The position numbers were made by a program, and so were the translations under genes. A stretch of DNA of 60,970 nucleotides, from positions 1 through 60,970 of the forward strand of contig CAXMRQ010000036.1 in the NCBI GenBank assembly GCA_964196115.1, read 5' to 3'. The notes under the pieces were generated by a model. That model had not been told where the DNA came from, did not search any database, and worked only from the letters and a program-made list of their open reading frames with translations. Source of the DNA: an uncultured Gammaproteobacteria bacterium. Lineage in GTDB: Bacteria > Pseudomonadota > Gammaproteobacteria > GCA-001735895. Shown piece by piece: positions 1 to 9,655 of this stretch (the stretch's first letter is position 1; every line of letters starts with the position of its first letter).

Positions 1-634
1 CTGATATTCTAGACCTATCTCAAGAGTTGCAATAATATTTTGCAACTTGGCTGCGGCGGCTATTAAACGAAGTTTCTGATCATCTTCAAGCATGATTTAT
101 CTCTTAAAAAAACTTTGTTATATATGATGGACATGACACTAAATATTTCTTAGATGCCAACCTACAATTCCATCGATAATTCAGATTACCTTGGCGTTCG
201 TGAAAATTTCGTGAAAAATTGTAAAAAATGTCTGCAATGTGCCGTTCCCTGTCGTAGAAATTATTCCTCCAGTTTAAAGATCACTTTGAGTTGTAGCCTT
301 TGACAATTCAATCCTGAGCGGTTGCTTCTGGGAAAATGTCTTCCAAATATTACACCTGCGACATAGAACGGTCAGGATATAAGGTTCAATTATTTAGGTA
401 AGATGTAAATCGAATTCAATTCCTTTTTATTTGGCTCGATATTTGACTCTATGAATTATCCTTCTTCGCAAATCTAATGATCTGTTTAACGCAGGGAACC
501 GGTTAATCGATCTAACCCCGGATGCAAATAATAGATTCTGAGACTAATACCTCAGCTCTTGATCCAGATCATGGCCCTTTTTCGCCAATAACGATATCTT
601 CATCGCCTTCCAGCCAAATAAATAAAGGGGTTAA

Positions 635-742
635 ATGGCTAATGATGAAGATAAGTCTGCCGTAATCCAGATTGGAATTATCATACTGGTATTCGTATTA
701 ATCGGAGTCGCTTTAGTAATTCTCGCCAATATGATCGCTTAG
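635..742 (+). CDS. Small single-pass membrane protein (35 aa, not in ORF track)
   Basis: ATG at 635 after AAAGGGG; reads MANDEDKSAVIQIGIIILVFVLIGVALVILANMIA*, with an acidic N-terminus and a ~22-residue hydrophobic stretch; TAG at 740-742. Confidence 0.5.
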   Translation: MANDEDKSAVIQIGIIILVFVLIGVALVILANMIA

Positions 743-802
743 GAATCTTCGCAAAAACAGAGATATTGCGAAACCCAGCCTTACTTCTGTTAAGGTCGAT
801 TC

Positions 803-1204
803 ATGAACGTGAAACCCGATCTATGCCCCTGTGACTCTGGCCAGAAATATATCTCCTGTTGCGGCGAGTTTCTGCTAGGCAAGCCAGCAGATACAGCTGA
901 GCAATTGATGCGTTCGCGTTATACCGCCTATGTACTCAACGATGAATCATACCTACTCGAAACCTGGCATAAAAAAACCCGCCCCCAAACATTAAATCTA
1001 TCACAGCAGGAACCGCTAAAATGGATTGGGTTAAAGGTTCTTAGCCATACCGTAGACATCGATAACCCGCACGCGGCTAGCGTTGAATTTGTGGCACGCT
1101 ACAGGGTAAATGGTAAGGCCGAAAAAATACGCGAGCTGAGTCGTTTTTTAAAAGAGGATGGGCATTGGTTTTATATCGATGGTGACTTAAGGGCATTTCT
1201 ATAA
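803..1204 (+). CDS. ychJ: YchJ family (SEC-C/UPF0225) protein
   Basis: CPCDSGQKYISCC zinc motif, TAEQLMRSRYTAY, C-terminal ELSRF...WFYIDG. Confidence 0.85.
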   Translation: MNVKPDLCPCDSGQKYISCCGEFLLGKPADTAEQLMRSRYTAYVLNDESYLLETWHKKTRPQTLNLSQQEPLKWIGLKVLSHTVDIDNPHAASVEFVARYRVNGKAEKIRELSRFLKEDGHWFYIDGDLRAFL

Positions 1205-1256
1205 ATGCCCTTAAGTTAATTTCACCATATTGTTTCCATTAACAGAGGAATAATTT

Positions 1257-2054
1257 ATGCAACGTGAATATCAGCATCGGCTGGAAATCGCACGACAGGT
1301 AGCTCGATCGGCAGGCGCGCTGGCATTGAGTTACTTTGAAAAACGCGACGAACTTACCATTAACAGCAAAGGCTTACAGGATCGTGTAACTAAAGCCGAT
1401 CAGGAAGTTGAACGACACATCTATCAAAACATAATCGCAGCCTTTCCGGACGATGGTTTCCTAGGAGAGGAAATGGCTTCGGGTGAAGCATTTAACCTGG
1501 TTGAAGAAGGTACCTGGGTTGTCGACCCGATTGACGGTACAGACTGTTTTATCTACGGTATCCCCTGCTGGTGTATTTCAATCGCATGGCTGCAACAGGG
1601 TGAAGCCAGGATTGGCGTCATTTATGACCCGTTACATGATGAAATGTATTCGGCCGCAGTCGGACTCGGAGCGGATATGAATGGTAAACAATTGCAAATT
1701 TCCGACGCTACCGAATTGTCTGATGGCATTACTGGCATGGGATACTCTACCCGGGTTGCGCCTATTGCTTCGCTTGAACCCCTACAACGACTGCTGGAGG
1801 CCGGAGGGATGTTTAATCGCTGCGGCTCGGGCGCCCTGTCCCTCGCCTGGGTAGCTGCAGGGCGGTTCATTGCTTATTATGAACCTCATATTAATTCGTG
1901 GGACTGTCTGGCTGGTATTGTGCTGGTTCGCGAGGCCGGTGGCTGGGTTAATGATTTTTTAGCTAACGATGGCCTGACCCAGGGCAATCCGATAATTGCC
2001 GCGGCCCCCGGCCTTATTGAAAAAATTAAAATGGTCAGTGGGCATAAATCTTGA
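1257..2054 (+). CDS. Inositol monophosphatase family protein
   Basis: FLGEE, VVDPIDGT and WD metal-binding motifs; GSGALSLAWVAAGR. Confidence 0.88.
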   Translation: MQREYQHRLEIARQVARSAGALALSYFEKRDELTINSKGLQDRVTKADQEVERHIYQNIIAAFPDDGFLGEEMASGEAFNLVEEGTWVVDPIDGTDCFIYGIPCWCISIAWLQQGEARIGVIYDPLHDEMYSAAVGLGADMNGKQLQISDATELSDGITGMGYSTRVAPIASLEPLQRLLEAGGMFNRCGSGALSLAWVAAGRFIAYYEPHINSWDCLAGIVLVREAGGWVNDFLANDGLTQGNPIIAAAPGLIEKIKMVSGHKS

Positions 2055-2102
2055 AGGATTAGCTATCGGAACCAGTTTATATATTTAAGAGGCTCATAAG
2101 GC

Positions 2103-2705
2103 ATGAAAAAAACTTTGGTGTTTGATCTCGGTGGTGTACTTATAAATTGGGATCCCAGGCATTTGTACCGAAAATTAATCGACGACGAAGATGGCATCGA
2201 TATTTTTCTGGCAGAAATATGCAACTCGGAATGGAATGTAAAACAGGATGCCGGACGACCTCTGGCTGAGGCCACGGCAGAACGTGTAGCCCTGTTCCCC
2301 GAAAAAAAATCACTGATTGAAGCCTTTTATGATCGTTGGGAAGAAATGCTGGGCGGAGAAATTACCGAAACGGTGGAAATACTGCGTGAGCTAAAAACCA
2401 GAGGAGAACCACTCTACGCCCTGACAAACTGGTCGGGTGAGACATTTCCAATAGCGCTGCAACGCTACGATTTTTTGCAATGGTTTGAAGGAACCCTTGT
2501 TTCAGGTGACGAAAAAATGGCCAAACCAGACCCGGCGATATTCCATTTATTGCTTAATCGTTATGGTCTACAGGCGCAAGACTGTTTATTCATTGACGAT
2601 TCAAAAATCAATATTGAAGCAGCAATAAAGATAGGGTTCGATACCCATCACTTCACCTCTGCGAACCAACTTCGGCAATATTTGACGCAGGGAAACTTGC
2701 TGTAG
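2103..2705 (+). CDS. HAD-superfamily phosphatase (YihX-like)
   Basis: FDLGGVL motif I, ALTN, KP and FIDD motifs. Confidence 0.8.
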   Translation: MKKTLVFDLGGVLINWDPRHLYRKLIDDEDGIDIFLAEICNSEWNVKQDAGRPLAEATAERVALFPEKKSLIEAFYDRWEEMLGGEITETVEILRELKTRGEPLYALTNWSGETFPIALQRYDFLQWFEGTLVSGDEKMAKPDPAIFHLLLNRYGLQAQDCLFIDDSKINIEAAIKIGFDTHHFTSANQLRQYLTQGNLL

Positions 2706-2911
2706 CGGGTATCACCTGTTTTTTTAGGGAGAAACTGGAATAAATAAGCCCAATTAAAAATTTAGAATAAATGCAAAGTTTGCCTTCATCGTGATATATT
2801 CCGAGTGTAGTATAAAAAATAATAAATCGAAGAGCCGAAGCATAAAGAGCTTATAACCTGGCGCGACACAAAAACTGTGTTAAACGCTAAATAACAAAGG
2901 AGAATATAACA

Positions 2912-3949
2912 ATGATATTTAAAAAACTTTTATTTTCGATGGCACTCGGAACCGTTGTTTTGATGGGTTTCGGGCCCGGAGAGGCTATCGCCAAAGGCAA
3001 GGTCAATTTTTATTGTAGTGCGCAGGAAGACTGGTGTCAGCTGATGGCAAAGGGCTTTACCAAGGAAAGCGGCATCAAGGTTAACATGAGCCGGGCAAGT
3101 TCCGGCGAAACCTTTGCCAAGGTCAAGGCTGAAGCCAAAAACCCGAAAGGGGATGTATGGTGGGGCGGAACCGGCGATCCGCATTTGCAGGCCGCAGAGG
3201 AAGGTTTGAGTGTTGCTTATGACTCGCCCATGCGTTCACAGCTTCAGGATTGGTCAATCCGCCAATCTAAATCTGCCAGTAATAAGACTATCGGCATTTA
3301 TTCTGGTGCGCTGGGCTACGGCTATAATGAAGAGGTTCTAAAAAAGAATAATCTTCCCGTACCCGCCTGCTGGAAAGATTTGCTCAAGCCGGTGTATAAA
3401 GGTCATGTGCAAATGGCTAACCCGAATTCGTCGGGTACGGCTTACACAACTCTGGCAACAATGGTTCAGTTATTTGGTGAAAAAGGCGGTTTTGATTTTA
3501 TGAAAGGACTTCATAAGAATATCAATCAGTACACCAAATCAGGTTCTGCGCCAATCAAAGCGGCAGCCCGTGGTGAAAACACAATCGGTATCGTGTTCAT
3601 CCATGATGCGGTCAAACAGGCGGTAAAAGGTTTCCCGATTAAGTCGGTTGCTCCCTGCGAAGGCACCGGGTTTGAGATTGGATCGATGAGCCTGATCAAG
3701 GGTGCGCGGAACATGGAGGAAGCCAAGAAGTTCTATGACTGGGCACTGTCGGCCGATGTTCAATCACGAGCTATCGAAGTGAAAGCCTATCAGGTTCCTT
3801 CGAACAAAAATGCCAAGGTTTCGCCAAAGGCGCCCAAGTTATCGAGTATTAAGTTGATTGACTACAACTTCACCAAGTATGGCAGCTCTACGGAGCGCAA
3901 GCGCCTGCTTAAGAAGTGGGACGACGAAGTAAAGTCGTTACCGCAATAA
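2912..3949 (+). CDS. ABC transporter substrate-binding protein, AfuA/FbpA-like
   Basis: Signal peptide; DVWWGGTGDPHLQAAEEGL and NPNSSGTAY motifs; followed by cognate permease and ATPase. Confidence 0.85.
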   Translation: MIFKKLLFSMALGTVVLMGFGPGEAIAKGKVNFYCSAQEDWCQLMAKGFTKESGIKVNMSRASSGETFAKVKAEAKNPKGDVWWGGTGDPHLQAAEEGLSVAYDSPMRSQLQDWSIRQSKSASNKTIGIYSGALGYGYNEEVLKKNNLPVPACWKDLLKPVYKGHVQMANPNSSGTAYTTLATMVQLFGEKGGFDFMKGLHKNINQYTKSGSAPIKAAARGENTIGIVFIHDAVKQAVKGFPIKSVAPCEGTGFEIGSMSLIKGARNMEEAKKFYDWALSADVQSRAIEVKAYQVPSNKNAKVSPKAPKLSSIKLIDYNFTKYGSSTERKRLLKKWDDEVKSLPQ

Positions 3950-3981
3950 GTTAAATCATTAACCAGGCCCGGACGAAAGTC

Positions 3982-6216
3982 ATCAATAGAATTATTACAT
4001 TATGGCTGGCGGTCGGCCTGGTTGGTTTTTTCATCCTTCCCTGGTATGCCATCGAAGACGGCTTCTGGGGACTAGACTGGATTTTCGACGGATATCCGTT
4101 CGATACCGATTATGCGCCCGCAATCATTCAGATTTTTGCGGGAGAGAAGACCTGGCTTGCGCCTCTACTTTTATTCCTGCTATTGCCATTTGCGACCTGG
4201 GGTCGGATTAAATCAGACCCGTTTTACAGTAATGTCCTGATATTTTCTGGTCTTGGTGGGCTTGGCTATTTGCTTGCCCAGGGGTTTGCGATTGGCATTT
4301 CCGGCTGGGAAATTACAGCGCTTGAGTCAGTTTTTGGCCCTATGGATGACAGGCAATATGGCCTGGGGTACGGGGCGTTATTTGTTTCTACCTCTTTCCT
4401 GTTTGCCTTAACCCAGGGTATCGCCGCGCGTGGGGCTGTGAATGGCGATGTTTTTGTAGTCAGCTCGATCGGTCTGGTGATTGCGGTTGTTGCGGCTTTT
4501 GTTTTTTTTCCGGTATTGCAAATTCTCACCAGCGCACTTCGCGATAATGAGGGCATCTACTCCCTCACAACCTTTCTGACAAAATTCTCCAGCCATAAAA
4601 TATGGGGGCTGGGTTGTCTGAGCGCTAATGTCAGTTGCGGTGCGGCATGGAATTCGCTATTTCTGGCGAGCCTTATCGGCGCAGGCAGCACAGGCCTGGG
4701 GCTGGCATTTGCGTTAGTGGCCACGCGTTCGGGCTGGAAGTATCGACGTTTGCTCCGGGCTTTAACTGTTTTACCAATTATCACCCCTCCGTTCGTAATA
4801 GGACTCGCGATTATTTTACTGTTTGGCCTCTCCGGCGTGGTAACAACCTTTGTTGCCGACCTGCTAGGCGTTACTGCTACCCGTTGGGTTTATGGATTAC
4901 CCGGCATCTGGATAGCGCAGATGCTGGCCTTTACGCCTATCGCCTTTCTGGTATTAATCGGTGTGGTTGAAGGCATCAGCCCGTCAATGGAAGAGGCGGC
5001 GCAAACATTACGCGCGGATAACTGGAAGACGTTTACCACGGTTTCCCTGCCGTTAATGCGCCCGGGATTGGCCAATGCTTTTTTGTTGGGCTTTATTGAG
5101 AGCATGGCTGATTTTGGTAACCCGTTGGTGTTAGGGGGGAATTTTGAAGTGCTCTCGACAGAAATTTTCTTTGCCATTGTCGGCGCGCAAAATGACCAGG
5201 GCATGGCCGCCGTATTGGCAATCGTATTATTATCTTTTACCCTGAGCGCGTTTTTCCTCCAGCGTAAATGGCTAGGACGCAAGTCTTACACCACTGTGAC
5301 CGGAAAAGGCGATTCTGGCGTTCCAGCGGTTATGCCGCGACGTGTACGTTACCCTGTTTTTTCCATTACCCTGGCATGGACAGCGATGACACTGGTGATT
5401 TACTTCATGATCCTGTTTGGAGGCTTTGTTGAAATATGGGGACTCGATCATAGCCTGACTTTCAAACACTACATCACCGCTTTTTCGTTCAGCTTTACCG
5501 AAGATGGGATATTATGGACTGGCGCCGCGTGGAACTCATTTTGGACAACGATTACGATTGCCCTTACTGCAGCTCCACTTACAGCAATGGTTGGTTTGTT
5601 AACCGCTTATTTACTGGTGCGGCAAACGTTCACCGGCAAACAGGTGTTTGAGTTCGGCACCATGCTTAGTTTCGCCATCCCGGGAACCGTCATTGGCGTT
5701 AGTTACATTATTGCCTTTAACGTGCCTCCGTTTGAGCTTACCGGCACGGCTGTTATTCTGGTTATATGTTTTGTGTTTAGAAATATGCCTGTTGGTGTTC
5801 GCGCCGGTATTGCTGCAATGTCGCAACTCGACAAGAGTCTCGACGAAGCATCTCTGACCCTGGGCGCTAATAGCTGGTACACCTTGCGTAAGGTGGTTTT
5901 GCCGCTGCTGCGTCCTGCTATTATCGCTGCCCTGGTTTATAGTTTTGTGCGAGCGATGACAGCGATCAGCGCGGTAATATTCCTCGTCAGTGCAGAACAT
6001 AATATGGCAACGGCCTACATTATTGGCCGTGTTGAAAACAACGATTACGGTTTGGCGATTGCCTATAGCACGGTGCTGATTTTTGTCATGCTAATTGCCG
6101 TTGTCTCATTTCAGCTGGTAGTGGGTGAGCGAAATCTGGGACGGCGTGTTGAACGCGGTGAAGCCGAGTCAGTCATTAAAGCCGAGTCAGTCACTAAAGA
6201 AGGAGATCCTGCATGA
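3982..6216 (+). CDS. ABC transporter permease with two TM modules, AfuB/FbpB-like; start uncertain
   Basis: Two EAA loops (EEAAQTLRA, DEASLTLGA). The frame is open from 3955 and encodes a TM helix (ITLWLAVGLVGFFILPWY) before the first canonical start at 4183; ATC at 3982 is the likely start position. Confidence 0.8.
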   Translation: MNRIITLWLAVGLVGFFILPWYAIEDGFWGLDWIFDGYPFDTDYAPAIIQIFAGEKTWLAPLLLFLLLPFATWGRIKSDPFYSNVLIFSGLGGLGYLLAQGFAIGISGWEITALESVFGPMDDRQYGLGYGALFVSTSFLFALTQGIAARGAVNGDVFVVSSIGLVIAVVAAFVFFPVLQILTSALRDNEGIYSLTTFLTKFSSHKIWGLGCLSANVSCGAAWNSLFLASLIGAGSTGLGLAFALVATRSGWKYRRLLRALTVLPIITPPFVIGLAIILLFGLSGVVTTFVADLLGVTATRWVYGLPGIWIAQMLAFTPIAFLVLIGVVEGISPSMEEAAQTLRADNWKTFTTVSLPLMRPGLANAFLLGFIESMADFGNPLVLGGNFEVLSTEIFFAIVGAQNDQGMAAVLAIVLLSFTLSAFFLQRKWLGRKSYTTVTGKGDSGVPAVMPRRVRYPVFSITLAWTAMTLVIYFMILFGGFVEIWGLDHSLTFKHYITAFSFSFTEDGILWTGAAWNSFWTTITIALTAAPLTAMVGLLTAYLLVRQTFTGKQVFEFGTMLSFAIPGTVIGVSYIIAFNVPPFELTGTAVILVICFVFRNMPVGVRAGIAAMSQLDKSLDEASLTLGANSWYTLRKVVLPLLRPAIIAALVYSFVRAMTAISAVIFLVSAEHNMATAYIIGRVENNDYGLAIAYSTVLIFVMLIAVVSFQLVVGERNLGRRVERGEAESVIKAESVTKEGDPA

Positions 6217-7280
6217 GTATTAAGAGCAAGGCGGCCACGGTAACATTCGACAATGTCAGCAAGATTTATGGCGGCAGTGTCATCGCCGTCGACAATGTAG
6301 CCTTTAAAATTGAAGCTGGAAAGCTGGTTACGCTTTTGGGGCCGTCCGGTTGTGGCAAGACAACCACCTTGAGGATGATTGCCGGGCTGGACATGGCAAC
6401 AAAGGGACGAATTTTAATCGGCGATGAAGACGTCACCAAACTGCCTGCCACCGACCGCGATGTGTCGATGGTATTTCAATCATACGCATTATTTCCGCAT
6501 ATGACAGTGAGCGAGAATGTCGCCTATGGCCTCAACGTCAGCGGCATGGATAAGTCAGAAGCGCGTGAGCGGTCCGAAGACGGCCTGAAGCTGGTCGGAC
6601 TTACAGGATATGGCACGCGCTTGCCGAGCGAACTGTCGGGCGGTCAACAGCAACGCGTCGCGGTGGCGCGTGCGCTTGTTCTGGAGCCGCAGGTGTTATT
6701 GTTTGATGAGCCGTTGTCTAATCTGGATGCAAAATTGCGCCGCCAGGTACGTGAAGAAATTAGAGACATTCAGACTAATCTTGGCCTCACCGTAGTCTAT
6801 GTAACTCACGATCAGGAAGAAGCCCTGGCGGTATCCGACCGCATTATTGTGATGAAAAATGCCGGCATCGCCCAGGAAGGAACGCCGCGCGAATTATATG
6901 AAGAACCGGCTAATTTGTTTGTCGCAGACTTTATCGGTGATGCTAACGTCGTACCCGCTGAAATACGCTCAATCGACGGCGAATGGGCGAATGTCCAGGT
7001 CGGCAATGCCGAAACCAGGTTGCCAGGTCGCGGAATGAAACCGGGCAAGACCCTAGTGGCCATTCGCCCCGAATCTCTTCAAATTAGCGACAGTAAACTA
7101 TCAGGCGCTATAGAGGCCGAGGTTGTTAAGGCGACTTATCTGGGTAGCCACATGGAATATACACTCAGCAGTGCGGTGGGAGAACTTTTTGTTGTCGAGC
7201 CCGATATTAGCCACCCGGTTAGCATCGGCTCAGCCATCTCTGTGCGCCTGCGTGACCATGGCATTGCACTGGTCGAATAA
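6213..7280 (+). CDS. ABC transporter ATP-binding protein, AfuC/FbpC-like
   Basis: GPSGCGKT Walker A, LSGGQQQ signature, LLFDEP Walker B, TOBE-like tail; ATGA overlap with the permease stop. Confidence 0.92.
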   Translation: MSIKSKAATVTFDNVSKIYGGSVIAVDNVAFKIEAGKLVTLLGPSGCGKTTTLRMIAGLDMATKGRILIGDEDVTKLPATDRDVSMVFQSYALFPHMTVSENVAYGLNVSGMDKSEARERSEDGLKLVGLTGYGTRLPSELSGGQQQRVAVARALVLEPQVLLFDEPLSNLDAKLRRQVREEIRDIQTNLGLTVVYVTHDQEEALAVSDRIIVMKNAGIAQEGTPRELYEEPANLFVADFIGDANVVPAEIRSIDGEWANVQVGNAETRLPGRGMKPGKTLVAIRPESLQISDSKLSGAIEAEVVKATYLGSHMEYTLSSAVGELFVVEPDISHPVSIGSAISVRLRDHGIALVE

Positions 7281-7396
7281 CACTGAATACGGATAATTAT
7301 ACAAAGCTGTCATTCCGACATCAATTTGACGACCCAACATGGATGCTTGCCTGTGAAACTTCAGGCCTAGATCAAAATTGCCACTATCGACTCAGA

Positions 7397-7948
7397 TCAC
7401 CTTTTGCCTGGCTGATACAGATGTATTTCGCAATTGTCCATCATGCGCCCCATCAGCGCCATGAACAGGTTGCCATGGCCGACAACAGCGAGTGGTCTGT
7501 CCTCGATCTGAGCCAGGTCGCGCTCGAATGCGGCGACGCGCTGCAGAAAAATGTCTTTCGGTTCAACCGGAACTCCATCGTCGTTTTGCGGGCCGTCATG
7601 CCACCAGTGGTCCGGCAGATGGGTAAAAGATAAAGTTGGAAAATCTCGTTGCAATTCTCCGGGAGGACGACCCACATCCCCACTGTATACCAGCAATTCG
7701 CGATGTCGGGCGGCAACCGTGATCGGCGCGATGTTTTCGAACAGGCATAAGGAAGTCTGTATCGCCCTCGTCAATGGCGACGTTATGACCTGTTTAATAC
7801 CCAGCTCCGCGACTATTGCTTTCGTTTCTTCAGCCTGCCTGCGGCCCCTGGCGGTTAGCGGTGCGTCAAAAATCATTGGGTCTCTGCCGCCATCTTTATG
7901 GGTGGCGTTGAATTCCGACTGACCGTGACGAATGAAATAAACTGGCAT
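7397..7948 (-). CDS. Histidine phosphatase (phosphoglycerate mutase-like)
   Basis: FIRHGQS, SPLTRAIQT and VVGHG motifs. Confidence 0.85.
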   Translation of the reverse strand: MPVYFIRHGQSEFNATHKDGGRDPMIFDAPLTARGRRQAEETKAIVAELGIKQVITSPLTRAIQTSLCLFENIAPITVAARHRELLVYSGDVGRPPGELQRDFPTLSFTHLPDHWWHDGPQNDDGVPVEPKDIFLQRVAAFERDLAQIEDRPLAVVGHGNLFMALMGRMMDNCEIHLYQPGKR

Positions 7949-7955
7949 TAGATTT

Positions 7956-8786
7956 TTATTGTCCTAATAGTTCAATCATCTGGCTAGCTTCGTCGCTTAG
8001 CTCAGGCATCACTTTTTGCATGATAGTAAGGCGATCAAACAGCTTTTCATCGGAGGCCAGAGTGGCTCGCAATGCACTTCCAAAACGCTGCCGCAGGCAG
8101 GTACCGATATTGAACTTGCAGACATTGCGCCGCGCCAGATGACGAATGTCTTCGGGTTTGATACCGCTGGTGCCATGGATAACGAGTGGTATTTCTACTG
8201 CTTGCTCCAGGGCCGCGAAATTCTCGAAATCAATGTCTACATAACTGTCTTCGATACGGTGTACATTACCGATGGATATGGCGAGCACATCAGGTTGGCC
8301 CTGTTGAACCATGGCTACGGCCTCGGCAACACTGGTTGGTGCTGATTTGATATGGTCGCGACCCTTAGCATAGGGCACCGAGCCGACTTCGGCCTCTACT
8401 GATACGCCCTGTTTATGGGCGTGCTCGACCACCGCCTGAATGCCAGCGATATTGTCGGCGATGGGTTTTTGTGAACCGTCGTACATTACCGAGGAAAAAC
8501 CACAATCGATGGCGTGTTTCACCGTATCAATTTCGTAGTTGTGATCCAGATGAATACAGACAGGAACCCCGGCCGATTCCGCTAATGGACGTAGCATCCC
8601 TGTTATGTGTTGAAGTGGCATGAATTCGGTCATGTCGAGGTTGACCGCGAGGATTACGCTGGCGTTACGCGCCTCTGCCGCGTCGACTACCGCGCGAGCG
8701 TCTTCGTAGCCGAATACGTTAAAGCAGGCTACCGCGTATCCTCCCTTGAGCGCAGGGCCGGTGAGATCGGTCAGGTTGGCTAGCAT
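7956..8786 (-). CDS. Class II fructose-bisphosphate aldolase family, IolJ-like
   Basis: HLDH, SSVMYDGS, GNVH and LVIHGTSG zinc motifs; lies in the iol cluster. Confidence 0.85.
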   Translation of the reverse strand: MLANLTDLTGPALKGGYAVACFNVFGYEDARAVVDAAEARNASVILAVNLDMTEFMPLQHITGMLRPLAESAGVPVCIHLDHNYEIDTVKHAIDCGFSSVMYDGSQKPIADNIAGIQAVVEHAHKQGVSVEAEVGSVPYAKGRDHIKSAPTSVAEAVAMVQQGQPDVLAISIGNVHRIEDSYVDIDFENFAALEQAVEIPLVIHGTSGIKPEDIRHLARRNVCKFNIGTCLRQRFGSALRATLASDEKLFDRLTIMQKVMPELSDEASQMIELLGQ

Positions 8787-8813
8787 ACTAGTACTCCTTT
8801 AATGAGTACAAAG

Positions 8814-9653
8814 TTACTTGAACTTGCTAATCATGTCTTTGATGCCTGGAATGGTTTCCAACTGGTAGGCGTTTTCCGGTTCAAAGTTCTGATGCAAGGG
8901 TCGCTGCGACAGCCCCCCGAGAATTGTAAAATAGTACATTTCATAACCTGGTGCAGCCACACAGGGGTGATATCCCTTTTCGATCTGAATCGTGGAGCCA
9001 TTGCGAATGTGGTAAACATCGCCATAGTCTTCTCCTGCAGGAGTCAGGAACTGGGCGCCAAAGCCATTGGGTGGGTTAAAACGAAAGTTATAAACCTCGT
9101 CATGGCGAGTTTCGTCGGGCAGGTTATCGGTATCGTGTTTGTGTGGCGGGAAACCCGACCAGCCACCGGCGCCGACCGTAAACAATTCGCTCACCAGCAG
9201 TTTGCCGACTTTACCGGCCGGGCTCTTGCCCAGAATATGTTTGATCTTGCGGTGGGTTTTAGTGTCATCGGAACCATACTGTATCGGGTCGATGTCGCTC
9301 TCTCGCACCACGAATGCCTCGTATACTTCGTCGTGCTGTGCCCCGGCGATGAACACTTCTACCGCATCACTGACGCAGGTAATACTGGCTTCGAGGCCAA
9401 CCGGGACATAAACACCTTCCGGCTCGCCTTCCCAGATATTCATACGCTTGCCAACCTGTTCGAAAGTCTCACCCTGTACGCTAACGTCGATGCTGCCAGT
9501 GACGGGTACCACACAGGTTTCATAACCTTCAACCTGCGAGTCGAAGCTTTCGCCCCGTTGCAACTTGACAATATTGAAGTAGCACAAAGGGGTCTTGCTG
9601 TCATTGCGGTCAACGATAGCCTGGTTGTGGTTGTCGTGGTGGGGAATATGCAT
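8814..9653 (-). CDS. iolB: 5-deoxy-glucuronate isomerase paralog (IolB/KduI family)
   Basis: GGWSGFPPHKHD, EVYNFRF and KGYHP motifs. Confidence 0.85.
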   Translation of the reverse strand: MHIPHHDNHNQAIVDRNDSKTPLCYFNIVKLQRGESFDSQVEGYETCVVPVTGSIDVSVQGETFEQVGKRMNIWEGEPEGVYVPVGLEASITCVSDAVEVFIAGAQHDEVYEAFVVRESDIDPIQYGSDDTKTHRKIKHILGKSPAGKVGKLLVSELFTVGAGGWSGFPPHKHDTDNLPDETRHDEVYNFRFNPPNGFGAQFLTPAGEDYGDVYHIRNGSTIQIEKGYHPCVAAPGYEMYYFTILGGLSQRPLHQNFEPENAYQLETIPGIKDMISKFK

Positions 9654-9655
9654 GG

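Noticed and set aside
1-630. AT-rich region with stop-riddled frames, including a CRRC motif on the minus strand
   Set aside because: No continuous ORF or identifiable family; possibly a decayed gene
3965-3985. GGACGAAAGTC, reminiscent of a hammerhead half
   Set aside because: No CTGATGA core or supporting stems nearby
6161-6196. 18-bp tandem duplication at the permease 3' end (AESVIK/AESVTK)
   Set aside because: In-frame slippage in a variable tail; no functional signal
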